Shown: piece by piece, positions 40,601 through 55,600 of the stretch
Layout of the letters: the number at the start of each line of letters is the position of its first letter
Numbering within the stretch: position 1 is the first letter of the stretch
Source of the DNA: the human T2T-CHM13v2.0 reference genome, Homo sapiens
Reading direction: 5' to 3' (one strand)
DNA: 64,000 nt
Assembly: GCF_009914755.1 (NCBI RefSeq)
Contig: NC_060942.1
Notes under the pieces: generated by a model
Databases searched by the model: none
Seen by the model: the letters and a program-made list of their open reading frames with translations, nothing else
Told to the model about the DNA's origin: nothing
Translations under genes and position numbers: made by a program

Positions 40601-43600
40601 AAGTCAAAAGTTGAACACTCCCTTTCATAGAGCAGTCCTGAAACACCCCTTTTGTAGTATCTGGAACTGGACTTTTGGAGCGATTTCAGGGCTAAGGTGA
40701 AAAAGGAAATATCTTCCCATAAAAACTGGACAGAAGCATTCTCAGAAACTTGTTTATGCTGTATCTACTCAACTAACAAAGTTGAACCTTTCTTTTGATA
40801 GAGCAGTTTTGAAATGGTCTTTTTGTGGAATCTGCAAGTGGATATTTGGCTAGTTTTGAGGATTTCGTTGGAAGCGGGAATTCATACAAATTGCAGACTG
40901 CAGCGTTCTGAGAAACATCTTTGTGATGTTTGTATTCAGGACACAGAGTTGAACATTCCCTATCATAGAGCAGGTTGGAATCACTCCTTTTGTAGTATCT
41001 GGAAGTGGACATTTGGAGCGCTTTCAGGCCTATTTTGGAAAGGGAAATATCTTCCCGTAACAACTATGCAGAAGCATTCTCAGAAACTTGTTTGTGATGT
41101 GTGCCCTCTACTGACAGAGTTGAACCTTTCTTTTCATAGAGCAGTTTTGAAACACTCTTTTTGTAGAATCTGCAAGAGGATATTTGCATAGCTTTGAGGA
41201 TTTCGTGGGAAACGGGATTGTCTTCAGGTAAAATCTAGACAGAAGCATTCTCAGAAACTTCTTTGGGATGTTTGCATTCAAGTCACAGAGTAGAACATTC
41301 CCTTTGGTAGAGCAGGTTTGAAACACTCTTTTTGTAGTATCTGGAAGTGGACATTTGGAGCGCTTTCAGGCCCATGTTGGAAAGGGAAATATCTTCCCGT
41401 AACAACTAGGCAGAAGCATTCTCAGAAACTTATTTGAGATGTGTGTACTCAACTAAGAGAATTGAACCACCGTTTTGAAGGAGCAGTTTTGAAACACTCT
41501 TTTTCTGGAATCTGCAAGAGGATATTTGCCTAGCCTTGAGGATTTCGTTGGAAACGGGATTGTCTTCAGAGAAAATCTAGACAGAAGCATTCTCAGAAAC
41601 TTCTTTGGGATGCTTGCATTCAAGTCACAGAGTAGAACATTCCCTTTGGTAGAGCAGGTTTGAAACACTCTTTTTGTAGTATCTGGAAGTGGACATTTGG
41701 AGCGCTTTCAGGCCTACGTTGGAAAAGGAAATATCTTCCCATAACAACTAGACAGAAGCATTCTCAGAAACTAGTTTCTGATGTGTGTCCTCAACTAACA
41801 CAGTTGAACATTTCTTTAGACAGAACAGTTTTGAAACACTCTTTTTGTGGAATCTGCAAGTGGCTATTTGGCTAGATTTGAGGATTTCGTTGGAAACGGG
41901 ATTACATATAAAAAGCAGTCAGCAGCATTCTCAGAAAGTTCTTTGTGATGATTGCATTCAAGTCACAGAATTGAACATTCCCTTTCACAGAGCAGGTTTG
42001 AAACACTCTTTTTGTAGTGTGTGTAAGTGGACATTTGGAGCACTTACCGGCCTAAGGTGAAAAAGGAAATAATCTTCCCATAAAAACTAGACAGAAGCAT
42101 TCTCAGAAACTTACTCGTGATGTGTGTCCTCAACTAAAGGAGTAGAACCTTTCTTTTCATAGAGAAGTTTTGAAACGCTCTTTTTGTGGAATCTGCAAGT
42201 GGATATTTGGCTAGTTTTGAGGATTTCGTTGGAAGCGGGAATTCATACAAATTGCAGACTGCAGCGTTCTGAGAAACATCTTTGTGATGTTTGTATTCAG
42301 GACACAGAGTTGAACATTCCCTATCATAGAGCAGGTTGGAATCACTCCTTTTGTAGTATCTGGAAGTGGACATTTGGAGCACTTTCAGGCCTATGTTGGA
42401 AAAGGAAATATCTTCCCATAACAACTAGACAGAAGCATTCTCAGAAACTTATTTGAGATGTGTGTACTCAACTAAGAGAATTGAACCACCGTTTTGAAGG
42501 AGCAGTTTTGAAACTCTCTTTTTCTGGAATCTGCAAGTGGATATTTGGCTAGCTTTGGGGATTTCGCTGGAAGCGGGAATACATATAAAAAGCACACAGC
42601 AGCGTTCTGAGAAACTGCTTTCTGATGTTTGCATTCAAGTCAAAAGTTGAACACTCCCTTTCATAGAGCAGTCCTGAAACACCCCTTTTGTAGTATCTGG
42701 AACTGGACTTTTGGAGCGATTTCAGGGCTAAGGTGAAAAAGGAAATATCTTCCCATAAAAACTGGACAGAAGCATTCTCAGAAACTTGTTTATGCTGTAT
42801 CTACTCAACTAACAAAGTTGAACCTTTCTTTTGATAGAGCAGTTTTGAAATGGTCTTTTTGTGGAATCTGCAAGTGGATATTTGGCTAGTTTTGAGGATT
42901 TCGTTGGAAGCGGGAATTCATACAAATTGCAGACTGCAGCGTTCTGAGAAACATCTTTGTGATGTTTGTATTCAGGACACAGAGTTGAACATTCCCTATC
43001 ATAGAGCAGGTTGGAATCACTCCTTTTGTAGTATCTGGAAGTGGACATTTGGAGCGCTTTCAGGCCTATTTTGGAAAGGGAAATATCTTCCCGTAACAAC
43101 TATGCAGAAGCATTCTCAGAAACTTGTTTGTGATGTGTGCCCTCTACTGACAGAGTTGAACCTTTCTTTTCATAGAGCAGTTTTGAAACACTCTTTTTGT
43201 AGAATCTGCAAGAGGATATTTGCATAGCTTTGAGGATTTCGTGGGAAACGGGATTGTCTTCAGGTAAAATCTAGACAGAAGCATTCTCAGAAACTTCTTT
43301 GGGATGTTTGCATTCAAGTCACAGAGTAGAACATTCCCTTTGGTAGAGCAGGTTTGAAACACTCTTTTTGTAGTATCTGGAAGTGGACATTTGGAGCGCT
43401 TTCAGGCCCATGTTGGAAAGGGAAATATCTTCCCGTAACAACTAGGCAGAAGCATTCTCAGAAACTTATTTGAGATGTGTGTACTCAACTAAGAGAATTG
43501 AACCACCGTTTTGAAGGAGCAGTTTTGAAACACTCTTTTTCTGGAATCTGCAAGAGGATATTTGCCTAGCCTTGAGGATTTCGTTGGAAACGGGATTGTC

Positions 43601-46600
43601 TTCAGAGAAAATCTAGACAGAAGCATTCTCAGAAACTTCTTTGGGATGCTTGCATTCAAGTCACAGAGTAGAACATTCCCTTTGGTAGAGCAGGTTTGAA
43701 ACACTCTTTTTGTAGTATCTGGAAGTGGACATTTGGAGCGCTTTCAGGCCTACGTTGGAAAAGGAAATATCTTCCCATAACAACTAGACAGAAGCATTCT
43801 CAGAAACTAGTTTCTGATGTGTGTCCTCAACTAACACAGTTGAACATTTCTTTAGACAGAACAGTTTTGAAACACTCTTTTTGTGGAATCTGCAAGTGGC
43901 TATTTGGCTAGATTTGAGGATTTCGTTGGAAACGGGATTACATATAAAAAGCAGTCAGCAGCATTCTCAGAAAGTTCTTTGTGATGATTGCATTCAAGTC
44001 ACAGAATTGAACATTCCCTTTCACAGAGCAGGTTTGAAACACTCTTTTTGTAGTGTGTGTAAGTGGACATTTGGAGCACTTACCGGCCTAAGGTGAAAAA
44101 GGAAATAATCTTCCCATAAAAACTAGACAGAAGCATTCTCAGAAACTTACTCGTGATGTGTGTCCTCAACTAAAGGAGTAGAACCTTTCTTTTCATAGAG
44201 AAGTTTTGAAACGCTCTTTTTGTGGAATCTGCAAGTGGATATTTGGCTAGTTTTGAGGATTTCGTTGGAAGCGGGAATTCATACAAATTGCAGACTGCAG
44301 CGTTCTGAGAAACATCTTTGTGATGTTTGTATTCAGGACACAGAGTTGAACATTCCCTATCATAGAGCAGGTTTGAATCACTCCTTTTGTAGTATCTGGA
44401 AGTGGACATTTGGAGCGCTTTCAGGCCTATGTTGGAAAAGGAAATATCTTCCCATAACAACTAGACAGAAGCATTCTCAGAAACTTATTTGAGATGTGTG
44501 TACTCAACTAAGAGAATTGAACCACCGTTTTGAAGGAGCAGTTTTGAAACTCTCTTTTTCTGGAATCTGCAAGTGGATATTTGGCTAGCTTTGGGGATTT
44601 CGCTGGAAGCGGGAATACATATAAAAAGCACACAGCAGCGTTCTGAGAAACTGCTTTCTGATGTTTGCATTCAAGTCAAAAGTTGAACACTCCCTTTCAT
44701 AGAGCAGTCCTGAAACACCCCTTTGGTAGTATCTGGAACTGGACTTTTGGAGCGATTTCAGGGCTAAGGTGAAAAAGGAAATATCTTCCCATAAAAACTG
44801 GACAGAAGCATTCTCAGAAACTTGTTTATGCTGTATCTACTCAACTAACAAAGTTGAACCTTTCTTTTGATAGAGCAGTTTTGAAATGGTCTTTTTGTGG
44901 AATCTGCAAGTGGATATTTGGCTAGTTTTGAGGATTTCGTTGGAAGCGGGAATTCATACAAATTGCAGACTGCAGCGTTCTGAGAAACATCTTTGTGATG
45001 TTTGTATTCAGGACACAGAGTTGAACATTCCCTATCATAGAGCAGGTTGGAATCACTCCTTTTGTAGTATCTGGAAGTGGACATTTGGAGCGCTTTCAGG
45101 CCTATTTTGGAAAGGGAAATATCTTCCCGTAACAACTATGCAGAAGCATTCTCAGAAACTTGTTTGTGATGTGTGCCCTCTACTGACAGAGTTGAACCTT
45201 TCTTTTCATAGAGCAGTTTTGAAACACTCTTTTTGTAGAATCTGCAAGAGGATATTTGCATAGCTTTGAGGATTTCGTGGGAAACGGGATTGTCTTCAGG
45301 TAAAATCTAGACAGAAGCATTCTCAGAAACTTCTTTGGGATGTTTGCATTCAAGTCACAGAGTAGAACATTCCCTTTGGTAGAGCAGGTTTGAAACACTC
45401 TTTTTGTAGTATCTGGAAGTGGACATTTGGAGCGCTTTCAGGCCCATGTTGGAAAGGGAAATATCTTCCCGTAACAACTAGGCAGAAGCATTCTCAGAAA
45501 CTTATTTGAGATGTGTGTACTCAACTAAGAGAATTGAACCACCGTTTTGAAGGAGCAGTTTTGAAACACTCTTTTTCTGGAATCTGCAAGAGTATATTTG
45601 CCTAGCCTTGAGGATTTCGTTGGAAACGGGATTGTCTTCAGAGAAAATCTAGACAGAAGCATTCTCAGAAACTTCTTTGGGATGCTTGCATTCAAGTCAC
45701 AGAGTAGAACATTCCCTTTGGTAGAGCAGGTTTGAAACACTCTTTTTGTAGTATCTGGAAGTGGACATTTGGAGCGCTTTCAGGCCTACGTTGGAAAAGG
45801 AAATATCTTCCCATAACAACTAGACAGAAGCATTCTCAGAAACTAGTTTCTGATGTGTGTCCTCAACTAACACAGTTGAACATTTCTTTAGACAGAACAG
45901 TTTTGAAACACTCTTTTTGTGGAATCTGCAAGTGGCTATTTGGCTAGATTTGAGGATTTCGTTGGAAACGGGATTACATATAAAAAGCAGTCAGCGGCAT
46001 TCTCAGAAAGTTCTTTGTGATGATTGCATTCAAGTCACAGAATTGAACATTCCCTTTCACAGAGCAGGTTTGAAACACTCTTTTTGTAGTGTGTGTAAGT
46101 GGACATTTGGAGCACTTACCGGCCTAAGGTGAAAAAGGAAATAATCTTCCCATAAAAACTAGACAGAAGCATTCTCAGAAACTTACTCGTGATGTGTGTC
46201 CTCAACTAAAGGAGTAGAACCTTTCTTTTCATAGAGAAGTTTTGAAACGCTCTTTTTGTGGAATCTGCAAGTGGATATTTGGCTAGTTTTGAGGATTTCG
46301 TTGGAAGCGGGAATTCATACAAATTGCAGACTGCAGCGTTCTGAGAAACATCTTTGTGATGTTTGTATTCAGGACACAGAGTTGAACATTCCCTATCATA
46401 GAGCAGGTTTGAATCACTCCTTTTGTAGTATCTGGAAGTGGACATTTGGAGCGCTTTCAGGCCTATGTTGGAAAAGGAAATATCTTCCCATAACAACTAG
46501 ACAGAAGCATTCTCAGAAACTTATTTGAGATGTGTGTACTCAACTAAGAGAATTGAACCACCGTTTTGAAGGAGCAGTTTTGAAACTCTCTTTTTCTGGA

Positions 46601-49600
46601 ATCTGCAAGTGGATATTTGGCTAGCTTTGGGGATTTCGCTGGAAGCGGGAATACATATAAAAAGCACACAGCAGCGTTCTGAGAAACTGCTTTCTGATGT
46701 TTGCATTCAAGTCAAAAGTTGAACACTCCCTTTCATAGAGCAGTCCTGAAACACCCCTTTTGTAGTATCTGGAACTGGACTTTTGGAGCGATTTCAGGGC
46801 TAAGGTGAAAAAGGAAATATCTTCCCATAAAAACTGGACAGAAGCATTCTCAGAAACTTGTTTATGCTGTATCTACTCAACTAACAAAGTTGAACCTTTC
46901 TTTTGATAGAGCAGTTTTGAAATGGTCTTTTTGTGGAATCTGCAAGTGGATATTTGGCTAGTTTTGAGGATTTCGTTGGAAGCGGGAATTCATACAAATT
47001 GCAGACTGCAGCGTTCTGAGAAACATCTTTGTGATGTTTGTATTCAGGACACAGAGTTGAACATTCCCTATCATAGAGCAGGTTGGAATCACTCCTTTTG
47101 TAGTATCTGGAAGTGGACATTTGGAGCGTTTTCAGGCCTATTTTGGAAAGGGAAATATCTTCCCGTAACAACTATGCAGAAGCATTCTCAGAAACTTGTT
47201 TGTGATGTGTGCCCTCTACTGACAGAGTTGAACCTTTCTTTTCATAGAGCAGTTTTGAAACACTCTTTTTGTAGAATCTGCAAGAGGATATTTGCATAGC
47301 TTTGAGGATTTCGTGGGAAACGGGATTGTCTTCAGGTAAAATCTAGACAGAAGCATTCTCAGAAACTTCTTTGGGATGTTTGCATTCAAGTCACAGAGTA
47401 GAACATTCCCTTTGGTAGAGCAGGTTTGAAACACTCTTTTTGTAGTATCTGGAAGTGGACATTTGGAGCGCTTTCAGGCCCATGTTGGAAAGGGAAATAT
47501 CTTCCCGTAACAACTAGGCAGAAGCATTCTCAGAAACTTATTTGAGATGTGTGTACTCAACTAAGAGAATTGAACCACCGTTTTGAAGGAGCAGTTTTGA
47601 AACACTCTTTTTCTGGAATCTGCAAGAGGATATTTGCCTAGCCTTGAGGATTTCGTTGGAAACGGGATTGTCTTCAGAGAAAATCTAGACAGAAGCATTC
47701 TCAGAAACTTCTTTGGGATGCTTGCATTCAAGTCACAGAGTAGAACATTCCCTTTGGTAGAGCAGGTTTGAAACACTCTTTTTGTAGTATCTGGAAGTGG
47801 ACATTTGGAGCGCTTTCAGGCCTACGTTGGAAAAGGAAATATCTTCCCATAACAACTAGACAGAAGCATTCTCAGAAACTAGTTTCTGATGTGTGTCCTC
47901 AACTAACACAGTTGAACATTTCTTTAGACAGAACAGTTTTGAAACACTCTTTTTGTGGAATCTGCAAGTGGCTATTTGGCTAGATTTGAGGATTTCGTTG
48001 GAAACGGGATTACATATAAAAAGCAGTCAGCGGCATTCTCAGAAAGTTCTTTGTGATGATTGCATTCAAGTCACAGAATTGAACATTCCCTTTCACAGAG
48101 CAGGTTTGAAACACTCTTTTTGTAGTGTGTGTAAGTGGACATTTGGAGCACTTACCGGCCTAAGGTGAAAAAGGAAATAATCTTCCCATAAAAACTAGAC
48201 AGAAGCATTCTCAGAAACTTACTCGTGATGTGTGTCCTCAACTAAAGGAGTAGAACCTTTCTTTTCATAGAGAAGTTTTGAAACGCTCTTTTTGTGGAAT
48301 CTGCAAGTGGATATTTGGCTAGTTTTGAGGATTTCGTTGGAAGCGGGAATTCATACAAATTGCAGACTGCAGCGTTCTGAGAAACATCTTTGTGATGTTT
48401 GTATTCAGGACACAGAGTTGAACATTCCCTATCATAGAGCAGGTTGGAATCACTCCTTTTGTAGTATCTGGAAGTGGACATTTGGAGCGCTTTCAGGCCT
48501 ATGTTGGAAAAGGAAATATCTTCCCATAACAACTAGACAGAAGCATTCTCAGAAACTTATTTGAGATGTGTGTACTCAACTAAGAGAATTGAACCACCGT
48601 TTTGAAGGAGCAGTTTTGAAACTCTCTTTTTCTGGAATCTGCAAGTGGATATTTGGCTAGCTTTGGGGATTTCGCTGGAAGCGGGAATACATATAAAAAG
48701 CACACAGCAGCGTTCTGAGAAACTGCTTTCTGATGTTTGCATTCAAGTCAAAAGTTGAACACTCCCTTTCATAGAGCAGTCCTGAAACACCCCTTTGGTA
48801 GTATCTGGAACTGGACTTTTGGAGCGATTTCAGGGCTAAGGTGAAAAAGGAAATATCTTCCCATAAAAACTGGACAGAAGCATTCTCAGAAACTTGTTTA
48901 TGCTGTATCTACTCAACTAACAAAGTTGAACCTTTCTTTTGATAGAGCAGTTTTGAAATGGTCTTTTTGTGGAATCTGCAAGTGGATATTTGGCTAGTTT
49001 TGAGGATTTCGTTGGAAGCGGGAATTCATACAAATTGCAGACTGCAGCGTTCTGAGAAACATCTTTGTGATGTTTGTATTCAGGACACAGAGTTGAACAT
49101 TCCCTATCATAGAGCAGGTTGGAATCACTCCTTTTGTAGTATCTGGAAGTGGACATTTGGAGCGCTTTCAGGCCTATTTTGGAAAGGGAAATATCTTCCC
49201 GTAACAACTATGCAGAAGCATTCTCAGAAACTTGTTTGTGATGTGTGCCCTCTACTGACAGAGTTGAACCTTTCTTTTCATAGAGCAGTTTTGAAACACT
49301 CTTTTTGTAGAATCTGCAAGAGGATATTTGCATAGCTTTGAGGATTTCGTGGGAAACGGGATTGTCTTCAGGTAAAATCTAGACAGAAGCATTCTCAGAA
49401 ACTTCTTTGGGATGTTTGCATTCAAGTCACAGAGTAGAACATTCCCTTTGGTAGAGCAGGTTTGAAACACTCTTTTTGTAGTATCTGGAAGTGGACATTT
49501 GGAGCGCTTTCAGGCCCATGTTGGAAAGGGAAATATCTTCCCGTAACAACTAGGCAGAAGCATTCTCAGAAACTTATTTGAGATGTGTGTACTCAACTAA

Positions 49601-52600
49601 GAGAATTGAACCACCGTTTTGAAGGAGCAGTTTTGAAACACTCTTTTTCTGGAATCTGCAAGAGTATATTTGCCTAGCCTTGAGGATTTCGTTGGAAACG
49701 GGATTGTCTTCAGAGAAAATCTAGACAGAAGCATTCTCAGAAACTTCTTTGGGATGCTTGCATTCAAGTCACAGAGTAGAACATTCCCTTTGGTAGAGCA
49801 GGTTTGAAACACTCTTTTTGTAGTATCTGGAAGTGGACATTTGGAGCGCTTTCAGGCCTACGTTGGAAAAGGAAATATCTTCCCATAACAACTAGACAGA
49901 AGCATTCTCAGAAACTAGTTTCTGATGTGTGTCCTCAACTAACACAGTTGAACATTTCTTTAGACAGAACAGTTTTGAAACACTCTTTTTGTGGAATCTG
50001 CAAGTGGCTATTTGGCTAGATTTGAGGATTTCGTTGGAAACGGGATTACATATAAAAAGCAGTCAGCAGCATTCTCAGAAAGTTCTTTGTGATGATTGCA
50101 TTCAAGTCACAGAATTGAACATTCCCTTTCACAGAGCAGGTTTGAAACACTCTTTTTGTAGTGTGTGTAAGTGGACATTTGGAGCACTTACCGGCCTAAG
50201 GTGAAAAAGGAAATAATCTTCCCATAAAAACTAGACAGAAGCATTCTCAGAAACTTACTCGTGATGTGTGTCCTCAACTAAAGGAGTAGAACCTTTCTTT
50301 TCATAGAGAAGTTTTGAAACGCTCTTTTTGTGGAATCTGCAAGTGGATATTTGGCTAGTTTTGAGGATTTCGTTGGAAGCGGGAATTCATACAAATTGCA
50401 GACTGCAGCGTTCTGAGAAACATCTTTGTGATGTTTGTATTCAGGACACAGAGTTGAACATTCCCTATCATAGAGCAGGTTTGAATCACTCCTTTTGTAG
50501 TATCTGGAAGTGGACATTTGGAGCGCTTTCAGGCCTATGTTGGAAAAGGAAATATCTTCCCATAACAACTAGACAGAAGCATTCTCAGAAACTTATTTGA
50601 GATGTGTGTACTCAACTAAGAGAATTGAACCACCGTTTTGAAGGAGCAGTTTTGAAACTCTCTTTTTCTGGAATCTGCAAGTGGATATTTGGCTAGCTTT
50701 GGGGATTTCGCTGGAAGCGGGAATACATATAAAAAGCACACAGCAGCGTTCTGAGAAACTGCTTTCTGATGTTTGCATTCAAGTCAAAAGTTGAACACTC
50801 CCTTTCATAGAGCAGTCCTGAAACACCCCTTTTGTAGTATCTGGAACTGGACTTTTGGAGCGATTTCAGGGCTAAGGTGAAAAAGGAAATATCTTCCCAT
50901 AAAAACTGGACAGAAGCATTCTCAGAAACTTGTTTATGCTGTATCTACTCAACTAACAAAGTTGAACCTTTCTTTTGATAGAGCAGTTTTGAAATGGTCT
51001 TTTTGTGGAATCTGCAAGTGGATATTTGGCTAGTTTTGAGGATTTCGTTGGAAGCGGGAATTCATACAAATTGCAGACTGCAGCGTTCTGAGAAACATCT
51101 TTGTGATGTTTGTATTCAGGACACAGAGTTGAACATTCCCTATCATAGAGCAGGTTGGAATCACTCCTTTTGTAGTATCTGGAAGTGGACATTTGGAGCG
51201 CTTTCAGGCCTATTTTGGAAAGGGAAATATCTTCCCGTAACAACTATGCAGAAGCATTCTCAGAAACTTGTTTGTGATGTGTGCCCTCTACTGACAGAGT
51301 TGAACCTTTCTTTTCATAGAGCAGTTTTGAAACACTCTTTTTGTAGAATCTGCAAGAGGATATTTGCATAGCTTTGAGGATTTCGTGGGAAACGGGATTG
51401 TCTTCAGGTAAAATCTAGACAGAAGCATTCTCAGAAACTTCTTTGGGATGTTTGCATTCAAGTCACAGAGTAGAACATTCCCTTTGGTAGAGCAGGTTTG
51501 AAACACTCTTTTTGTAGTATCTGGAAGTGGACATTTGGAGCGCTTTCAGGCCCATGTTGGAAAGGGAAATATCTTCCCGTAACAACTAGGCAGAAGCATT
51601 CTCAGAAACTTATTTGAGATGTGTGTACTCAACTAAGAGAATTGAACCACCGTTTTGAAGGAGCAGTTTTGAAACACTCTTTTTCTGGAATCTGCAAGAG
51701 TATATTTGCCTAGCCTTGAGGATTTCGTTGGAAACGGGATTGTCTTCAGAGAAAATCTAGACAGAAGCATTCTCAGAAACTTCTTTGGGATGCTTGCATT
51801 CAAGTCACAGAGTAGAACATTCCCTTTGGTAGAGCAGGTTTGAAACACTCTTTTTGTAGTATCTGGAAGTGGACATTTGGAGCGCTTTCAGGCCTACGTT
51901 GGAAAAGGAAATATCTTCCCATAACAACTAGACAGAAGCATTCTCAGAAACTAGTTTCTGATGTGTGTCCTCAACTAACACAGTTGAACATTTCTTTAGA
52001 CAGAACAGTTTTGAAACACTCTTTTTGTGGAATCTGCAAGTGGCTATTTGGCTAGATTTGAGGATTTCGTTGGAAACGGGATTACATATAAAAAGCAGTC
52101 AGCGGCATTCTCAGAAAGTTCTTTGTGATGATTGCATTCAAGTCACAGAATTGAACATTCCCTTTCACAGAGCAGGTTTGAAACACTCTTTTTGTAGTGT
52201 GTGTAAGTGGACATTTGGAGCACTTACCGGCCTAAGGTGAAAAAGGAAATAATCTTCCCATAAAAACTAGACAGAAGCATTCTCAGAAACTTACTCGTGA
52301 TGTGTGTCCTCAACTAAAGGAGTAGAACCTTTCTTTTCATAGAGAAGTTTTGAAACGCTCTTTTTGTGGAATCTGCAAGTGGATATTTGGCTAGTTTTGA
52401 GGATTTCGTTGGAAGCGGGAATTCATACAAATTGCAGACTGCAGCGTTCTGAGAAACATCTTTGTGATGTTTGTATTCAGGACACAGAGTTGAACATTCC
52501 CTATCATAGAGCAGGTTTGAATCACTCCTTTTGTAGTATCTGGAAGTGGACATTTGGAGCGCTTTCAGGCCTATGTTGGAAAAGGAAATATCTTCCCATA

Positions 52601-55600
52601 ACAACTAGACAGAAGCATTCTCAGAAACTTATTTGAGATGTGTGTACTCAACTAAGAGAATTGAACCACCGTTTTGAAGGAGCAGTTTTGAAACTCTCTT
52701 TTTCTGGAATCTGCAAGTGGATATTTGGCTAGCTTTGGGGATTTCGCTGGAAGCGGGAATACATATAAAAAGCACACAGCAGCGTTCTGAGAAACTGCTT
52801 TCTGATGTTTGCATTCAAGTCAAAAGTTGAACACTCCCTTTCATAGAGCAGTCCTGAAACACCCCTTTTGTAGTATCTGGAACTGGACTTTTGGAGCGAT
52901 TTCAGGGCTAAGGTGAAAAAGGAAATATCTTCCCATAAAAACTGGACAGAAGCATTCTCAGAAACTTGTTTATGCTGTATCTACTCAACTAACAAAGTTG
53001 AACCTTTCTTTTGATAGAGCAGTTTTGAAATGGTCTTTTTGTGGAATCTGCAAGTGGATATTTGGCTAGTTTTGAGGATTTCGTTGGAAGCGGGAATTCA
53101 TACAAATTGCAGACTGCAGCGTTCTGAGAAACATCTTTGTGATGTTTGTATTCAGGACACAGAGTTGAACATTCCCTATCATAGAGCAGGTTGGAATCAC
53201 TCCTTTTGTAGTATCTGGAAGTGGACATTTGGAGCGCTTTCAGGCCTATTTTGGAAAGGGAAATATCTTCCCGTAACAACTATGCAGAAGCATTCTCAGA
53301 AACTTGTTTGTGATGTGTGCCCTCTACTGACAGAGTTGAACCTTTCTTTTCATAGAGCAGTTTTGAAACACTCTTTTTGTAGAATCTGCAAGAGGATATT
53401 TGCATAGCTTTGAGGATTTCGTGGGAAACGGGATTGTCTTCAGGTAAAATCTAGACAGAAGCATTCTCAGAAACTTCTTTGGGATGTTTGCATTCAAGTC
53501 ACAGAGTAGAACATTCCCTTTGGTAGAGCAGGTTTGAAACACTCTTTTTGTAGTATCTGGAAGTGGACATTTGGAGCGCTTTCAGGCCCATGTTGGAAAG
53601 GGAAATATCTTCCCGTAACAACTAGGCAGAAGCATTCTCAGAAACTTATTTGAGATGTGTGTACTCAACTAAGAGAATTGAACCACCGTTTTGAAGGAGC
53701 AGTTTTGAAACACTCTTTTTCTGGAATCTGCAAGAGTATATTTGCCTAGCCTTGAGGATTTCGTTGGAAACGGGATTGTCTTCAGAGAAAATCTAGACAG
53801 AAGCATTCTCAGAAACTTCTTTGGGATGCTTGCATTCAAGTCACAGAGTAGAACATTCCCTTTGGTAGAGCAGGTTTGAAACACTCTTTTTGTAGTATCT
53901 GGAAGTGGACATTTGGAGCGCTTTCAGGCCTACGTTGGAAAAGGAAATATCTTCCCATAACAACTAGACAGAAGCATTCTCAGAAACTAGTTTCTGATGT
54001 GTGTCCTCAACTAACACAGTTGAACATTTCTTTAGACAGAACAGTTTTGAAACACTCTTTTTGTGGAATCTGCAAGTGGCTATTTGGCTAGATTTGAGGA
54101 TTTCGTTGGAAACGGGATTACATATAAAAAGCAGTCAGCGGCATTCTCAGAAAGTTCTTTGTGATGATTGCATTCAAGTCACAGAATTGAACATTCCCTT
54201 TCACAGAGCAGGTTTGAAACACTCTTTTTGTAGTGTGTGTAAGTGGACATTTGGAGCACTTACCGGCCTAAGGTGAAAAAGGAAATAATCTTCCCATAAA
54301 AACTAGACAGAAGCATTCTCAGAAACTTACTCGTGATGTGTGTCCTCAACTAAAGGAGTAGAACCTTTCTTTTCATAGAGAAGTTTTGAAACGCTCTTTT
54401 TGTGGAATCTGCAAGTGGATATTTGGCTAGTTTTGAGGATTTCGTTGGAAGCGGGAATTCATACAAATTGCAGACTGCAGCGTTCTGAGAAACATCTTTG
54501 TGATGTTTGTATTCAGGACACAGAGTTGAACATTCCCTATCATAGAGCAGGTTTGAATCACTCCTTTTGTAGTATCTGGAAGTGGACATTTGGAGCGCTT
54601 TCAGGCCTATGTTGGAAAAGGAAATATCTTCCCATAACAACTAGACAGAAGCATTCTCAGAAACTTATTTGAGATGTGTGTACTCAACTAAGAGAATTGA
54701 ACCACCGTTTTGAAGGAGCAGTTTTGAAACTCTCTTTTTCTGGAATCTGCAAGTGGATATTTGGCTAGCTTTGGGGATTTCGCTGGAAGCGGGAATACAT
54801 ATAAAAAGCACACAGCAGCGTTCTGAGAAACTGCTTTCTGATGTTTGCATTCAAGTCAAAAGTTGAACACTCCCTTTCATAGAGCAGTCCTGAAACACCC
54901 CTTTGGTAGTATCTGGAACTGGACTTTTGGAGCGATTTCAGGGCTAAGGTGAAAAAGGAAATATCTTCCCATAAAAACTGGACAGAAGCATTCTCAGAAA
55001 CTTGTTTATGCTGTATCTACTCAACTAACAAAGTTGAACCTTTCTTTTGATAGAGCAGTTTTGAAATGGTCTTTTTGTGGAATCTGCAAGTGGATATTTG
55101 GCTAGTTTTGAGGATTTCGTTGGAAGCGGGAATTCATACAAATTGCAGACTGCAGCGTTCTGAGAAACATCTTTGTGATGTTTGTATTCAGGACACAGAG
55201 TTGAACATTCCCTATCATAGAGCAGGTTGGAATCACTCCTTTTGTAGTATCTGGAAGTGGACATTTGGAGCGCTTTCAGGCCTATTTTGGAAAGGGAAAT
55301 ATCTTCCCGTAACAACTATGCAGAAGCATTCTCAGAAACTTGTTTGTGATGTGTGCCCTCTACTGACAGAGTTGAACCTTTCTTTTCATAGAGCAGTTTT
55401 GAAACACTCTTTTTGTAGAATCTGCAAGAGGATATTTGCATAGCTTTGAGGATTTCGTGGGAAACGGGATTGTCTTCAGGTAAAATCTAGACAGAAGCAT
55501 TCTCAGAAACTTCTTTGGGATGTTTGCATTCAAGTCACAGAGTAGAACATTCCCTTTGGTAGAGCAGGTTTGAAACACTCTTTTTGTAGTATCTGGAAGT

